A DNA stretch of 64,000 nucleotides from Rickettsiales bacterium UBA2645 (GTDB lineage Bacteria > Pseudomonadota > Alphaproteobacteria > Rickettsiales > UBA1997), in assembly GCA_002359655.1 (NCBI GenBank), contig DENL01000003.1, forward strand, positions 7,418-71,417. The letters are read 5' to 3'. Every line of letters starts with the position of its first letter. Position 1 is the stretch's first letter. The notes beneath the pieces are model-generated. The model had not been told where the DNA came from and searched no databases. It worked only from the letters and a program-made list of their open reading frames with translations. Positions 28,253 to 38,332 of this stretch are shown one piece after another. Made by a program: the position numbers and the translations under genes.

Positions 28253-28968
28253 TATATTGCCCTAATTTCTTTTAAAAATGCCTTGTCCAAACTGTCTTCT
28301 TGATGCTTGTCTTTAAATGCTTTTGGAGTTCCTTCGAAAACGATTTTGGTTTCGTTTAAAACTGCAATTGCGTCGCAAATTTCGTCCATGTCGGATAAAA
28401 TGTGCGAGCTAAAAAAAATAGTTTTGCCTAAGTTTTTGTATGCAATTAATTCTTTTTTTAAAGCGATGCGAGCTTTTGGATCTAGGCCAGACATTGGTTC
28501 ATCTAAAATTATTAAATCAGCTTCTGATAAAAAAACCGCCAAAAGGCCAAGTTTTTGCATCATGCCTTTAGAATATTTTGTGACTTTTTGTTTTAAAACT
28601 TCAAAGCGCAAATCAAGATTTTCACAAATTTTTTGCGCTCTCTTAGCATCATATTTTTTAGCGTAAAAATCTAAAACGAATTTAATAAATTCTTCGCCTT
28701 TTAGATGCTGACTTGGCTGGAATTTTTCTGGCAAGTAGCAAATTTTTTTACGACTTTCCGGCAAAACTCGAGATATTCCAAAAATCTCAATCTCACCGTT
28801 TTCTTGGTCGAGAAGATCAAGAGCAATTTTAATCAGGGTAGTTTTACCAACTCCATTTAAGCCAATAAAACCAAAAATATCATTTTGCTTAACTTCAAAA
28901 CTGACTTGATCGAGAACTGGCTTATTATTAAAAGATTTTGAAATTTCAGAAATTTTTAAGGGCAGCAT
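28252..28968 (-). CDS. ABC transporter ATP-binding protein (no adjacent permease)
   Basis: Walker A GLNGVGKTT, signature YSKGMMQKLGL, Walker B LIILDEP. Its stop overlaps the fcl start. Confidence 0.85.
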   Translation of the reverse strand: MLPLKISEISKSFNNKPVLDQVSFEVKQNDIFGFIGLNGVGKTTLIKIALDLLDQENGEIEIFGISRVLPESRKKICYLPEKFQPSQHLKGEEFIKFVLDFYAKKYDAKRAQKICENLDLRFEVLKQKVTKYSKGMMQKLGLLAVFLSEADLIILDEPMSGLDPKARIALKKELIAYKNLGKTIFFSSHILSDMDEICDAIAVLNETKIVFEGTPKAFKDKHQEDSLDKAFLKEIRAI

Positions 28969-28973
28969 TTTAA

Positions 28974-29417
28974 CTATTTTTTAGGTAAGAGATTGTTGAT
29001 CGCGAATAAAGAAATTGTGTAACCATCAACCCCCAAGCCAGAAATTACTGCGGTTACTACATCGCTTAAATAAGAATTTTGTCTGAACTCTTCGCGTTTA
29101 AAAATATTGGAAATATGCAACTCAATTTTTGGTTTGTTGAAAATTTCAAGTGCATCACGAATCGCAACCGAAGTATGCGTGTAAGCAGCGGCGTTGATGA
29201 TTATGCCGTCAAATTTGTCAACAGCTTCTTGGATTAAATCAACCAAAATGCCTTCATTATTTGATTGTTTAAATTCAATTTCCAAACCCAACTCTTTTGC
29301 CAAAACTCGACAATCATCTTCGATTTTTTTTAAAGAAGAATCGCCGTAAATTTCTTTGTCCCTTTTGTGCAAAAGATTTAGATTTGGACCATTCAAAATA
29401 AGAACTTTTTTAGACAT
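28974..29417 (-). CDS. aroQ: Type II 3-dehydroquinate dehydratase
   Basis: VLILNGPNLNLL..R...IYG, IINAAAYTHTSVAIRDA and E.HISNI motifs. Confidence 0.93.
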   Translation of the reverse strand: MSKKVLILNGPNLNLLHKRDKEIYGDSSLKKIEDDCRVLAKELGLEIEFKQSNNEGILVDLIQEAVDKFDGIIINAAAYTHTSVAIRDALEIFNKPKIELHISNIFKREEFRQNSYLSDVVTAVISGLGVDGYTISLFAINNLLPKK

Positions 29418-30276
29418 TGAGACTTCCAGATTTTTTGGCGGCTAATTCAATTTTTACAAATATAAAAATTGTAACGGGAATTGATAAAAAGTAAGTTATG
29501 CCAATCACCGCTAAAGCAAGCCAAGGCTCAACTAAAAGGCCAATGATTATTGATCCCAAAATCAATAGCGTGACATAAGCATATTCATTTTTGATGGGAA
29601 TTTTTTTAATCGAAATTGTCGGAATACGGCTGGCCATCAAAACGGCTATGATTGATGTGTAGGTAATTACCAAGAATGGATCGACATAAAAACCGTCACC
29701 GAATTCATAAAATAAAACCATTGGTAACATTGCCATTGCTGCTCCACAAGGTGCTGGAATTCCTTTGAAAAAATATTTTTCTAAAATTGGATTGACCGTC
29801 GCCTTGCCCAAATCAACATTAAAACGCGCTAAGCGAATCGCACTGCAAACAGCAAAAAATAAAACTAAAGCCCAATTTAAACCACCAACATTGGCATAAG
29901 AGCCAACCCAAATATAGATAACAAAACCGGGGACAATTCCAAAATTTACGAAATCAGCCAATGAATCTAGCTGAGCTCCAAAGTCGCTCGATGAATTGAA
30001 AAAACGCGCTAACCTGCCGTCAATTCCATCCATAAATCCTGCCAAAAGTAAGAATGAAGTAGCGCGCATAAATTCACCATTTATCGAATAGCGAATTGCA
30101 GTTAAACCAATACAAAGGCTGGCAAGCGTTATTATGTTTGGCAGTAGCTTTATTAGCGGAAAATATCCGCCCTCGCCACTTCTAATTTTTTGAATAATTC
30201 TTGTGGGCATTTTTTTAGCTTTGCGTTTTGAGAAATTGTAAAATTTTTCGCGGGGATTTTGATTTGCATTAATCAA
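29410..30276 (-). CDS. pssA: CDP-diacylglycerol--serine O-phosphatidyltransferase
   Basis: CDP-alcohol phosphatidyltransferase motif DGIDGRLARFFNSSSDFGAQLDSLADFV in a multi-TM protein. The true start may be the internal MPTRII (about 30210). Confidence 0.88.
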   Translation of the reverse strand: MINANQNPREKFYNFSKRKAKKMPTRIIQKIRSGEGGYFPLIKLLPNIITLASLCIGLTAIRYSINGEFMRATSFLLLAGFMDGIDGRLARFFNSSSDFGAQLDSLADFVNFGIVPGFVIYIWVGSYANVGGLNWALVLFFAVCSAIRLARFNVDLGKATVNPILEKYFFKGIPAPCGAAMAMLPMVLFYEFGDGFYVDPFLVITYTSIIAVLMASRIPTISIKKIPIKNEYAYVTLLILGSIIIGLLVEPWLALAVIGITYFLSIPVTIFIFVKIELAAKKSGSLNV

Positions 30277-30351
30277 AATGTACGATTAATTTTTGTTTTC
30301 AACCTGTTTGCTTTAAAATCAGGATTTCCCTCATTCAAGTCTCACAAAAAC

Positions 30352-32346
30352 ATGACACAAAACGATCACCAATTAGCCAGAGAAATGGCTAATTGTATAA
30401 GATTTTTATCAATTGATGCTGTTGAAAAAGCTGCTTCTGGACATCCGGGAATGCCAATGGGAATGGCCGATGTCGCCACAATTCTTTTTACTGAATTTCT
30501 GAAATTCGACGCTAACAATCCAAACTGGCTTGATCGTGATCGTTTCGTTTTATCTGTTGGTCACGGATCAATGCTGATCTACTCTTTGCTTTACTTAACT
30601 GGATATCAAGACATCACAATTGAAGACATAAAAAATTTTCGCCAATTAGGTTCGAAATGCGCCGGACACCCAGAATATGGTCACATCGAGGGAATCGAAA
30701 CCACAACTGGACCTTTAGGACAAGGTGTTGCTAATGCAGTTGGCATGGCTTTAGCTGAAGAAATTCTGGCTGCAAGACTTGGCAGAAATTTTATCAATCA
30801 CAAAACTTACTGTATTGTTGGTGACGGTTGCTTGATGGAAGGCATCAGCCAAGAAGCAATTTCAATTGCCGGAAATTTGGCACTAAAAAACCTAATTTTA
30901 CTTTGGGATAATAACTCAATCTCAATTGATGGCGACACTTCGCTAACCACTTGCGAAAATATGAAGCTGCGCTTCGAAGCTTGTAATTGGAAGGTTTTAC
31001 AAATTGATGGACATAATTTTGACGAGATTCGCGCTGCACTTAACGAAGCACAAAATTCAGATCGTCCTGTGATGATTGATTGCAAAACTACCATCGCTTT
31101 TGGCTCACCAAATAAAGCTGGATCAGAAAAATCTCACGGCTCTCCACTTGGCACTGAAGAAGTTAAAAAAACTCGCGAAGCTTTAAATTGGCCACATGCC
31201 GCCTTTGAAATTCCTCAACATTTAAAAAATAATTGGCAAGCCGCTGGAAAAAGATCGGCAGAAATTGCAAAAAATTGGCAAGCTAAATTTGATAAGCTCG
31301 ATACTTCTAAAAAAGACGAACTCGAAAGAATTTTAAATCACGATTTACCAAAAGATTTTGATGAAAAATTAAATTCCCTGATCGAGAAAATTGCTGCTGA
31401 AAAAACCACACAAGCAACCAGAAAATCCTCGCAAGTTGCGCTAGAATTTTTAACCGCAGAATTGCCAGAATTAATTGGCGGTTCAGCGGATTTAACTGGC
31501 TCGGTTTTAACCAAAACGACTTTAACAAAAGCCATTAACAAAAATAATTTTTCTGAACGCTACATTCACTACGGAATCAGAGAACACGCGATGTCAGCCT
31601 TGATGAATGGCCTGACACTTCACGGCGGATTTTTGCCTTATGCTGGAACTTTCTTGGTTTTTTCTGATTATTTAAAACCCGCAATTCGCCTTTCCGCTTT
31701 AATGAAATTGCGCAATATTTATGTTTTAACTCACGACTCAATTGGTGTTGGTGAAGATGGTCCAACTCACCAACCAGTTGAACATTTGGCAATGTTGCGC
31801 GCGATTCCAAATTTAAATGTCTTTCGTCCTTGCGATACTAAAGAAACTATCGAGGCCTACGAAGCCGCTTTGAAATCTAAAACAACACCTTCAGCAATTG
31901 TTTTGACCAGACAAAATCTGCCTTATTTAAGCCAAGCCAATAATCCAAATTCCAAAAAAGGCGCTTACATAATTTCCAAAAGCAAGTCCGAGAAACCAGA
32001 CGTGATAATTATCGCCACTGGTTCTGAAGTGCACGTTGCAGTTGAAACTCAAACAAAACTTGCCGCAAAAAATATTGATGCTCGTGTAATTTCAATGCCT
32101 TGCCAAGAAATTTTTGATGCTCAAGACGAGTCCTACAAAACAGAAATTTTAGGTGATAACTCAACTCTACGCGTTGCAATAGAAGCTGCCATTTCTCAAG
32201 GTTGGGAGCGATATATTGGAAATAACGGAATCTTCATCGGAATGAATTCTTTCGGTGCTTCTGGCAAAGCCGAAGATTTATTCAAACATTTCCAAATCAC
32301 TTCTGAAAACGCTTGCGAGCAAATTGCTAAAAGATTGAAACGATAG
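30352..32346 (+). CDS. tkt: Transketolase
   Basis: ANCIRFLSIDAVEKAASGHPGMPMGMADVA, GDGCLMEGIS and HDSIGVGEDGPTHQPVEHL motifs. Start set at MTQNDH (ATG 30352). The track start at 30259 overlaps pssA and adds non-homologous residues. Confidence 0.95.
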   Translation: MTQNDHQLAREMANCIRFLSIDAVEKAASGHPGMPMGMADVATILFTEFLKFDANNPNWLDRDRFVLSVGHGSMLIYSLLYLTGYQDITIEDIKNFRQLGSKCAGHPEYGHIEGIETTTGPLGQGVANAVGMALAEEILAARLGRNFINHKTYCIVGDGCLMEGISQEAISIAGNLALKNLILLWDNNSISIDGDTSLTTCENMKLRFEACNWKVLQIDGHNFDEIRAALNEAQNSDRPVMIDCKTTIAFGSPNKAGSEKSHGSPLGTEEVKKTREALNWPHAAFEIPQHLKNNWQAAGKRSAEIAKNWQAKFDKLDTSKKDELERILNHDLPKDFDEKLNSLIEKIAAEKTTQATRKSSQVALEFLTAELPELIGGSADLTGSVLTKTTLTKAINKNNFSERYIHYGIREHAMSALMNGLTLHGGFLPYAGTFLVFSDYLKPAIRLSALMKLRNIYVLTHDSIGVGEDGPTHQPVEHLAMLRAIPNLNVFRPCDTKETIEAYEAALKSKTTPSAIVLTRQNLPYLSQANNPNSKKGAYIISKSKSEKPDVIIIATGSEVHVAVETQTKLAAKNIDARVISMPCQEIFDAQDESYKTEILGDNSTLRVAIEAAISQGWERYIGNNGIFIGMNSFGASGKAEDLFKHFQITSENACEQIAKRLKR

Positions 32347-32347
32347 A

Positions 32348-33238
32348 TTACTTTTGATCAGTAATTTTATTTTCCATACAGCTCGATATATCCGCAGAGA
32401 TTTTTAGTAATAAATCCGCATAGCCAGAATTTTGTCCAATCAGATCTAGGCTAACAAATTTAATTTTATAATTCTGCGCTAGTTTTTGTGCGGTGTTTTT
32501 TTTGTCCCATTTTTCGCCTAAAACGCATTTGATTTTTCCTTGTTTAGCTAAAGCATCAATTTTTCTTAAGTCTTTGATGCTGAGCTCTTGATCGTGATTT
32601 GAAAAAATAGTTTTTAGCGGTTTCAAACCAAAATAATTTTCAAAATATTGATATCCATCGTGAAAGAAAAGATAGTTTGAAGCTTTACTTTGAAAGAGTT
32701 GCGACTTGATAGTTTTTTTAGTTAAGAAGATTTCTTTTTTAAATTTCTGCAGATTTCTTTGATATGTTGAAGAATTTTTTTGATCAATTTCTGCAATTTT
32801 TTGCATCACAAATTCAGCAATTTTTATAGCATTTTCTGGATCAAGCCAAATATGTGGATCAATTTTTTTTGGATTTTTTTTGTTTTGTAAAAGCTTTAAA
32901 TCTTTTATCTTTATTAGCTCAAAGCTTTGTGGTTTTTTATTTTGACTTGCAACCAACTTAGAAAAATTCTTTTCCAAATCTTCGCTAACATAAAAAATTA
33001 AATCAGCTTCACTTACCGCTCGAGCATCTTGTTTTTTAAGGAAATAATCATGCTCTGATAAAGAAGGATTAACCACTAAAATATTGTTGGTTTGACTTTG
33101 AGTAATTGCAGAAATTATTTGATAAATTGGGTTTATCGATACTACAATCAGTGGTTTTCTTTGACTAAAATCCTGCGAGAAAGCAGTTTTAGTAACTAAC
33201 AAAAGCAGTAAAAAAGCTTTAAGAAAAATTTTCGTCAC
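32348..33238 (-). CDS. znuA: Zinc/manganese ABC transporter substrate-binding protein (ZnuA/TroA family)
   Basis: Signal-like VTKIFLKAFLLLLLVTKTAFS from GTG 33238, then ..SLSEHDY...DPHIWLDP..FHDGYQYF.. family motifs. The longer track ORF is an antisense shadow of znuC. Confidence 0.8.
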   Translation of the reverse strand: MTKIFLKAFLLLLLVTKTAFSQDFSQRKPLIVVSINPIYQIISAITQSQTNNILVVNPSLSEHDYFLKKQDARAVSEADLIFYVSEDLEKNFSKLVASQNKKPQSFELIKIKDLKLLQNKKNPKKIDPHIWLDPENAIKIAEFVMQKIAEIDQKNSSTYQRNLQKFKKEIFLTKKTIKSQLFQSKASNYLFFHDGYQYFENYFGLKPLKTIFSNHDQELSIKDLRKIDALAKQGKIKCVLGEKWDKKNTAQKLAQNYKIKFVSLDLIGQNSGYADLLLKISADISSCMENKITDQK

Positions 33239-33254
33239 AAAAAATAAATTGTTT

Positions 33255-33962
33255 ATGTCAGTTGCAAGTCTGAAAAATATTGGCCTTAAAATAAACGGCC
33301 AAAAGATTATTGATAAGATTTCATTAGATTTAAACAAGGGCGAAATCACAACTTTAATTGGGCCAAATGGCGGTGGCAAAACTTCAATTGCTCGTATTTT
33401 GCTTGGTGTTTTACGCCCTAGTTCTGGCCTGATCAAAAAAGATTTTAATATTAAAATTGGCTACATGCCCCAAAAAATCGTAATTGACAAAACTATTCCT
33501 CTGACAGTTAAAGATTTTTTAACCCTATCGAAAAATAAGATAATTTTTGATGAGCGAGTAACTATCCTGATTGAAAGATTGAAGCTAGAAAAAATTTTAA
33601 GCGCACAAATACACGAGCTATCTGGTGGACAAATACAAAAAGTTTTATTTTTGCGCTCAATCATTAACAAGCCTGATTTATTAGTGCTTGATGAGCCAAC
33701 TCAATATATGGATATCAGCGCTACTGAAGAATTTTATCAAATTATTGATGAGATTAGAAAAGATCAGAAATGCGCTATTTTATTAGTTTCGCACGACTTG
33801 CACATGGTGATGCAAAAAACCGATTTTGTGTTTTGTGTGAATCATCATATTTGTTGTCATGGCTCACCAGAGTCGGTAAATCAACATCCAGAATATTTAT
33901 CGCTATTTGGCAATAAAGGCTCGCTAGCAATTTATCAACATCATCACGATCACAAACATTGA
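33255..33962 (+). CDS. znuC: Zinc ABC transporter ATP-binding protein
   Basis: Walker A GPNGGGKTS, signature LSGGQIQKV, Walker B LLVLDEP, and a His-rich tail YQHHHDHKH typical of ZnuC. Confidence 0.88.
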   Translation: MSVASLKNIGLKINGQKIIDKISLDLNKGEITTLIGPNGGGKTSIARILLGVLRPSSGLIKKDFNIKIGYMPQKIVIDKTIPLTVKDFLTLSKNKIIFDERVTILIERLKLEKILSAQIHELSGGQIQKVLFLRSIINKPDLLVLDEPTQYMDISATEEFYQIIDEIRKDQKCAILLVSHDLHMVMQKTDFVFCVNHHICCHGSPESVNQHPEYLSLFGNKGSLAIYQHHHDHKH

Positions 33963-34720
33963 ATAATTTTTTTAGAAATTTCTGCTAATTCTGAGTTGGA
34001 ATTTTTTTCTAAAAATAAAACTCTTTTTTCCGTTGAATCAGATATTTCCTGCATGATTGGCACTTCGCCTAAAAATTTTATCCCTGATTTTTCTGCCAGT
34101 TTTTTAGCGCCATCACGACCAAATAAATATTTTTTTTCACCAGCGATTTCTAAGTAAGACATATTTTGTATTAAGCCCAAAACCGGCACTTGCAACTTGG
34201 CAAAACAATCAATCGATTTTACCACATCAATAACTGAAAGACTTTGTGGCGTTGAAACAATCACCACTCCCGTAAGTGGAAATTTCTCGGCCATACTTAA
34301 ATAAACATCTCCTGTCCCAGGGGGCATATCGATAACCATCAAATCAACTTCTTTGCCGTCAAAAGTCCAATTCACACTTCTGATCAATTGATGCAAAATT
34401 TTAGTAACCATCGGACCACGCCAAACACCAGCGGAATTTTCACTTACCAGAGATCCAATCGAAATACATTTTATATCGTGCGATAACATCGGCAAGATCA
34501 GGCCTTCAGATATTTTTGGCGCTCCACTTAAATTCATCAAATATGGAATTGATGGGCCATAAATATCAGCATCAACTAAAGCCACAGCAATTCCAGCTTG
34601 TTTAAAAGCCAAAGCCAGATTACAGGCGATTGTTGATTTACCAACTCCTCCCTTAGCCGAAGCGATGGCGATAATTTTTTTCACGCCATTAACTGGCATT
34701 ATTTTAATTTTTTCTTTCAT
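33950..34720 (-). CDS. mrp: Mrp/ApbC-family Fe-S cluster carrier ATPase
   Basis: IAIASAKGGVGKST deviant Walker A, MVIDMPPGTGD; 256 aa. Confidence 0.88.
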   Translation of the reverse strand: MKEKIKIMPVNGVKKIIAIASAKGGVGKSTIACNLALAFKQAGIAVALVDADIYGPSIPYLMNLSGAPKISEGLILPMLSHDIKCISIGSLVSENSAGVWRGPMVTKILHQLIRSVNWTFDGKEVDLMVIDMPPGTGDVYLSMAEKFPLTGVVIVSTPQSLSVIDVVKSIDCFAKLQVPVLGLIQNMSYLEIAGEKKYLFGRDGAKKLAEKSGIKFLGEVPIMQEISDSTEKRVLFLEKNSNSELAEISKKIIQCL

Positions 34721-34793
34721 ATCTTATATTGGTTTCTTAACTTTAGAGCTAATCTAACTTGAATGATTCAAACCTATAAACTACCAAATTACC

Positions 34794-36287
34794 ATGAAAA
34801 AAGTTTTACCTCTTGCCTATTTTTTTGTCGCAGTTTTTGCTCTGCAAAATCAAGCGCTGGCGCAAAAGAAAAACACAATACCAACAAAAGAAATTACAGC
34901 TTCTCCAAAACAACTAGCCAGCGAAGGCTTTGCCGACATAGTTGAAGATCTTCTTCCCGCTGTTGTCAATATTTCTGCAATGCAAGATTTGGGATCTAAC
35001 AATAGCAATGCAATTGATTCTAATTTGCTTGCTGATTTGCCGAAGAGTCCGCTGTTTGAAGAATTTAAAAATCAGCTTGAGGAGCAATTTCGTAATCAGC
35101 CAAATTTGAAGCGAAAAGTTTCATCAATTGGTTCGGGATTTATTATTTCGAAAGACGGCTACATCGTTACCAATAGCCATGTAATCGAAGATTCAGACGA
35201 AATTAAAGTTAGCCTTAACGACTCTTCAAAATATAAAGCCAAAGTGATTGGTATCGATAAGAGAACTGATTTGGCTTTGATCAAAATTAATGCCGAAAAA
35301 GAATTAAAATTTGTTAAATTCGGCGATTCTAACAAAGCCAGAATTGGTGATTGGGTGATCGTAATTGGCAATCCTTATGGTTTAGGTGGATCAGTTTCAG
35401 TCGGTATCGTTTCGGCGCGTAGTCGCGATATCAATAATGGCCAGTCTGATGAGTTTATTCAAACTGACGCCGCCATCAATAAAGGCAACTCCGGCGGTCC
35501 TTTGTTTAATATGAGAGGTGAAGTAATCGGAGTTAGCACCGCAATATTTTCGCCATCTGGTGGAAATGTCGGAATTGGCTTTGCAACTCCGTCAACCAAT
35601 GCCGCGCAAGTTATCAAACAATTGCGCGAACAAGGCGAAGTGACTCGCGGTTGGCTTGGGGTTTCGGTGCAAGACATCACTGATGAAATTGCCGAATCGA
35701 TAAAAATGGAAAAAGCCAAAGGTGCTTTTGTAAATGATGTAACAAAAAATGGACCAGCTGATAAAGCAGGAATTTTACCAACCGACATCATTATTAAATT
35801 CGACAACCAAGATATTAGCGAGATGAAAATTCTACCAAAAGCAGTGGCTCAAACAGCTGTCGGTAGGGTTGTTAACGTTACTTTGATCAGACGCGGCAAA
35901 ATAAAAAATCTCAAAGTTAAAATTGAGAAAATGCAAGATGAGGAAGTAAAAAAATCTGAAAACAAACCAATCAATAAAAAACTATCAAAACCACTGGCTC
36001 AAATTCTTAAACTAGGAGTTGTCGAACTTGGCACTAAAATTAAAAAAGAAAGAAATATCGAATCCAACATTGAAGGCTTACTTGTTGTTGAAGTTGACGC
36101 AAAATCAGAAGCTGCTGAAAAAGGTGTCATGTCGGGAGATATTATTTTATCCGTAAATCAGTCTCCGATCAAAACTATTTCTGATCTGCAAAAAATTATC
36201 GAAGATAGTAAAAAATCGACGAAAAAACTTTTTCTCTTCTTAAAGAGAGGAAACACAAATTACGCTATCGTTTTGTCAACTAACTAA
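34794..36287 (+). CDS. htrA: Periplasmic serine endoprotease DegP/HtrA (Do family, two PDZ domains)
   Basis: Signal peptide, catalytic TNSHV / D..LAL.K / GNSGGPL, followed by two PDZ-like segments. Confidence 0.92.
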   Translation: MKKVLPLAYFFVAVFALQNQALAQKKNTIPTKEITASPKQLASEGFADIVEDLLPAVVNISAMQDLGSNNSNAIDSNLLADLPKSPLFEEFKNQLEEQFRNQPNLKRKVSSIGSGFIISKDGYIVTNSHVIEDSDEIKVSLNDSSKYKAKVIGIDKRTDLALIKINAEKELKFVKFGDSNKARIGDWVIVIGNPYGLGGSVSVGIVSARSRDINNGQSDEFIQTDAAINKGNSGGPLFNMRGEVIGVSTAIFSPSGGNVGIGFATPSTNAAQVIKQLREQGEVTRGWLGVSVQDITDEIAESIKMEKAKGAFVNDVTKNGPADKAGILPTDIIIKFDNQDISEMKILPKAVAQTAVGRVVNVTLIRRGKIKNLKVKIEKMQDEEVKKSENKPINKKLSKPLAQILKLGVVELGTKIKKERNIESNIEGLLVVEVDAKSEAAEKGVMSGDIILSVNQSPIKTISDLQKIIEDSKKSTKKLFLFLKRGNTNYAIVLSTN

Positions 36288-36295
36288 TCTTTTAA

Positions 36296-37195
36296 ATGAA
36301 AATCGCAGTTATATTTGGCGGCTCCGGCTTCGTTGGCAAGAGCGTCATTAGAAAATTACTTAAACAAAAGTTTCGTATCAAAGTTATCACTCGCGATAAA
36401 GAAAAATCTGCAGCTTTAAAAACTTTTGCCGCTCCAGATTTTTTATCATTAATTGAGTGGAATTATCAAAATTATAACAAGCTAGATTCTTTTATTTCTG
36501 GTGCCGATTTAGTTGTAAATTTAGTTGGCATTTTGGCTGAAGAAAAAAATGGCGACTTCATTAAAATTCACACTGATCTAGCAAAAATTATCGCCGAAAA
36601 ATGCCAAGAGTTTAATGTTAAAAATTTAGTTCATCTTTCAGCTTTAGGAGTTGAAAAACCTTCAAAAGCCAAATATGCCGCTTCTAAAATGGAAGCCGAA
36701 AAACAAGTTTTAGCAAGCTTTTCTAATGTCACAATTTTACGTCCTTCAATTATTTTTGGTGCTAATGATAACTTCTTCAACAAGTTTGCCAAAATGGCTA
36801 AACAGAAAAGAATTTTACCTTTGATCAATAATGGCATGACAAAATTCCAACCAATTTATGTCGAAGATTTAGGCGAAATTATCGCAAAAATTCCGCAAAC
36901 AAAAAAAGCAATTGGCAAAATTTATGAAATTGGTGGTGATAAAATATACAGCTTCCAAAGCTTGATGAAGCTAGTTGAAAACTATTGCAACTGTCGAGTT
37001 TTATTTATCAATTTACCTTTTTTTGCTGCAAATATTTTAGCATTTTTTTTGGAGTTTTTTACCAAAAAAATTATCACTCGCGATCAAGTTAAAATGCTAA
37101 AAATAGACAGCGTTTTAAGTGAAAATAATTTCAAAACTGATTTTGCTATTAACCCAAAATCAATTGAAGAAATTGTTCCCAATTATCTTCGCTAA
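36296..37195 (+). CDS. NAD(P)-binding atypical SDR, NDUFA9 (complex I 39-kDa)-like
   Basis: MKIAVIFGGSGFVGKSVIRKL Rossmann motif; 299 aa. Resembles the NDUFA9-like proteins common in alphaproteobacteria. Confidence 0.65.
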   Translation: MKIAVIFGGSGFVGKSVIRKLLKQKFRIKVITRDKEKSAALKTFAAPDFLSLIEWNYQNYNKLDSFISGADLVVNLVGILAEEKNGDFIKIHTDLAKIIAEKCQEFNVKNLVHLSALGVEKPSKAKYAASKMEAEKQVLASFSNVTILRPSIIFGANDNFFNKFAKMAKQKRILPLINNGMTKFQPIYVEDLGEIIAKIPQTKKAIGKIYEIGGDKIYSFQSLMKLVENYCNCRVLFINLPFFAANILAFFLEFFTKKIITRDQVKMLKIDSVLSENNFKTDFAINPKSIEEIVPNYLR

Positions 37196-38073
37196 TGTTT
37201 TTTTCACTCTGCCCTGCCAAGATTAATCTCTTTTTGAAGATAACAGGCAAAAGGTCTGATGGTTATCATGAGTTAGAATCACTTTTTGCTTTTTTGGATT
37301 TATCTGACGAGCTATTCGTAAAAAAAGGTGATCAATTTAAATTAGAAATCAGCGGCGAATTTGCCGACAAAATTGATTTAAAAAATAACCTCTTCGTAAA
37401 AATTTTAGATTTTTTTGCTAGTGAATTTCAAATCTCAAAAAATCTTGAAATTAAAATAATAAAAAACATTCCCGTTGCTGCCGGACTTGGCGGCGGCTCA
37501 TCTGACGCGGCTTACTTTCTGCATGCTTTAAATAAAATTTTTACACTCAATTTAAGTCTTGCCGAACTACAAAAAATTTCACTAAACTTTGGCTCAGACA
37601 TTGCTTTTCTTCTGCAAAATAAAGCTGCAATTGTGCGAGGTCGCGGCGAAAAAATTACAGAATTTCCAGCTTTTAAAGAAATTTCAGCATTGCTGATTAA
37701 TCCAAAAATTGCAGTTTCAACAAAAGAAATTTTTACTAATTTTGACAGCAATTTTTCTGCCAAAACTTCAGATGAGGCATTACTAAAAAAAGATGTTTTT
37801 GACTTAATAAAAAACTTTCCAAATGACATGGAAAAACCAGCAAAATCAAGCTTTCCTATTATTGCTGAAATTTTACAAGAGCTGAAAAATCACAAATCTG
37901 AAATCGCTAAAATGTCAGGAAGTGGTGCAACTTGTTTTGCAATTTTTAAAAACGAAAAAACTCTACAATCCACCCAAGATTTTTTCACAAAAAACTTCTC
38001 GAATTATTTCGTAAAAAAAGTTAAGATTTTAGGAGAAGTTAGTAAAAAAATTTCTCTCCAGAAAGCTCTCTGA
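37195..38073 (+). CDS. ispE: 4-diphosphocytidyl-2-C-methyl-D-erythritol kinase
   Basis: PAKINLFLKITGKR.DGYHELESLF and the GHMP motif PVAAGLGGGSSDAA. Confidence 0.92.
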   Translation: MFFSLCPAKINLFLKITGKRSDGYHELESLFAFLDLSDELFVKKGDQFKLEISGEFADKIDLKNNLFVKILDFFASEFQISKNLEIKIIKNIPVAAGLGGGSSDAAYFLHALNKIFTLNLSLAELQKISLNFGSDIAFLLQNKAAIVRGRGEKITEFPAFKEISALLINPKIAVSTKEIFTNFDSNFSAKTSDEALLKKDVFDLIKNFPNDMEKPAKSSFPIIAEILQELKNHKSEIAKMSGSGATCFAIFKNEKTLQSTQDFFTKNFSNYFVKKVKILGEVSKKISLQKAL

Positions 38074-38174
38074 GCAAACTTATTACTTCGCTTAGTGACC
38101 TTCTCAATTTTATTTTTTTAAATTTTTCCTCTGAATTTTTTAAAAAAAATGCCGCAATCTTGCTCAAATAAAAG

Positions 38175-38289
38175 CTGATTTTTTGTAATTTTTGAGTGTA
38201 ATTTGCCTATAGGCTTGGCGCTTTGATTCTAAAGGGTTGAGGACCGTTTCTCTGAATTTTGAACACGTGTTCAAAATTCAGTTTTTTTG
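38175..38289 (+). repeat. 115-bp repeat, copy 2 of 2 (family 2); candidate small-RNA or terminator cassette
   Basis: Same orientation and near-identical sequence to 2874-2988. It lies 100 nt after the ispE stop and 44 nt before the DUF721 gene. Confidence 0.85.
38252..38288 (+). terminator. Rho-independent terminator-like hairpin inside repeat copy 2
   Basis: Identical 30-bp perfect palindrome ctgaattttgaacacgtgttcaaaattcag (38252-38281) followed by TTTTTTT. Confidence 0.7.
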
Positions 38290-38332
38290 TAAAGAATTTT
38301 TGTGAATTAATGCAAACCAATAAAATTAATTT

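Noticed and set aside
30259-30351. N-terminal extension of transketolase in the track ORF (MICINQNVRLIF...)
   Set aside because: It overlaps the pssA start on the other strand and has no homology to Tkt N-termini. The canonical Tkt sequence begins at ATG 30352.
33239-33436. 66-codon N-terminal extension of the znuA track ORF
   Set aside because: It is the antisense shadow of the znuC Walker-A region (…VLPPPFGP… opposite GPNGGGKT). A GTG at 33238 gives a proper signal peptide.
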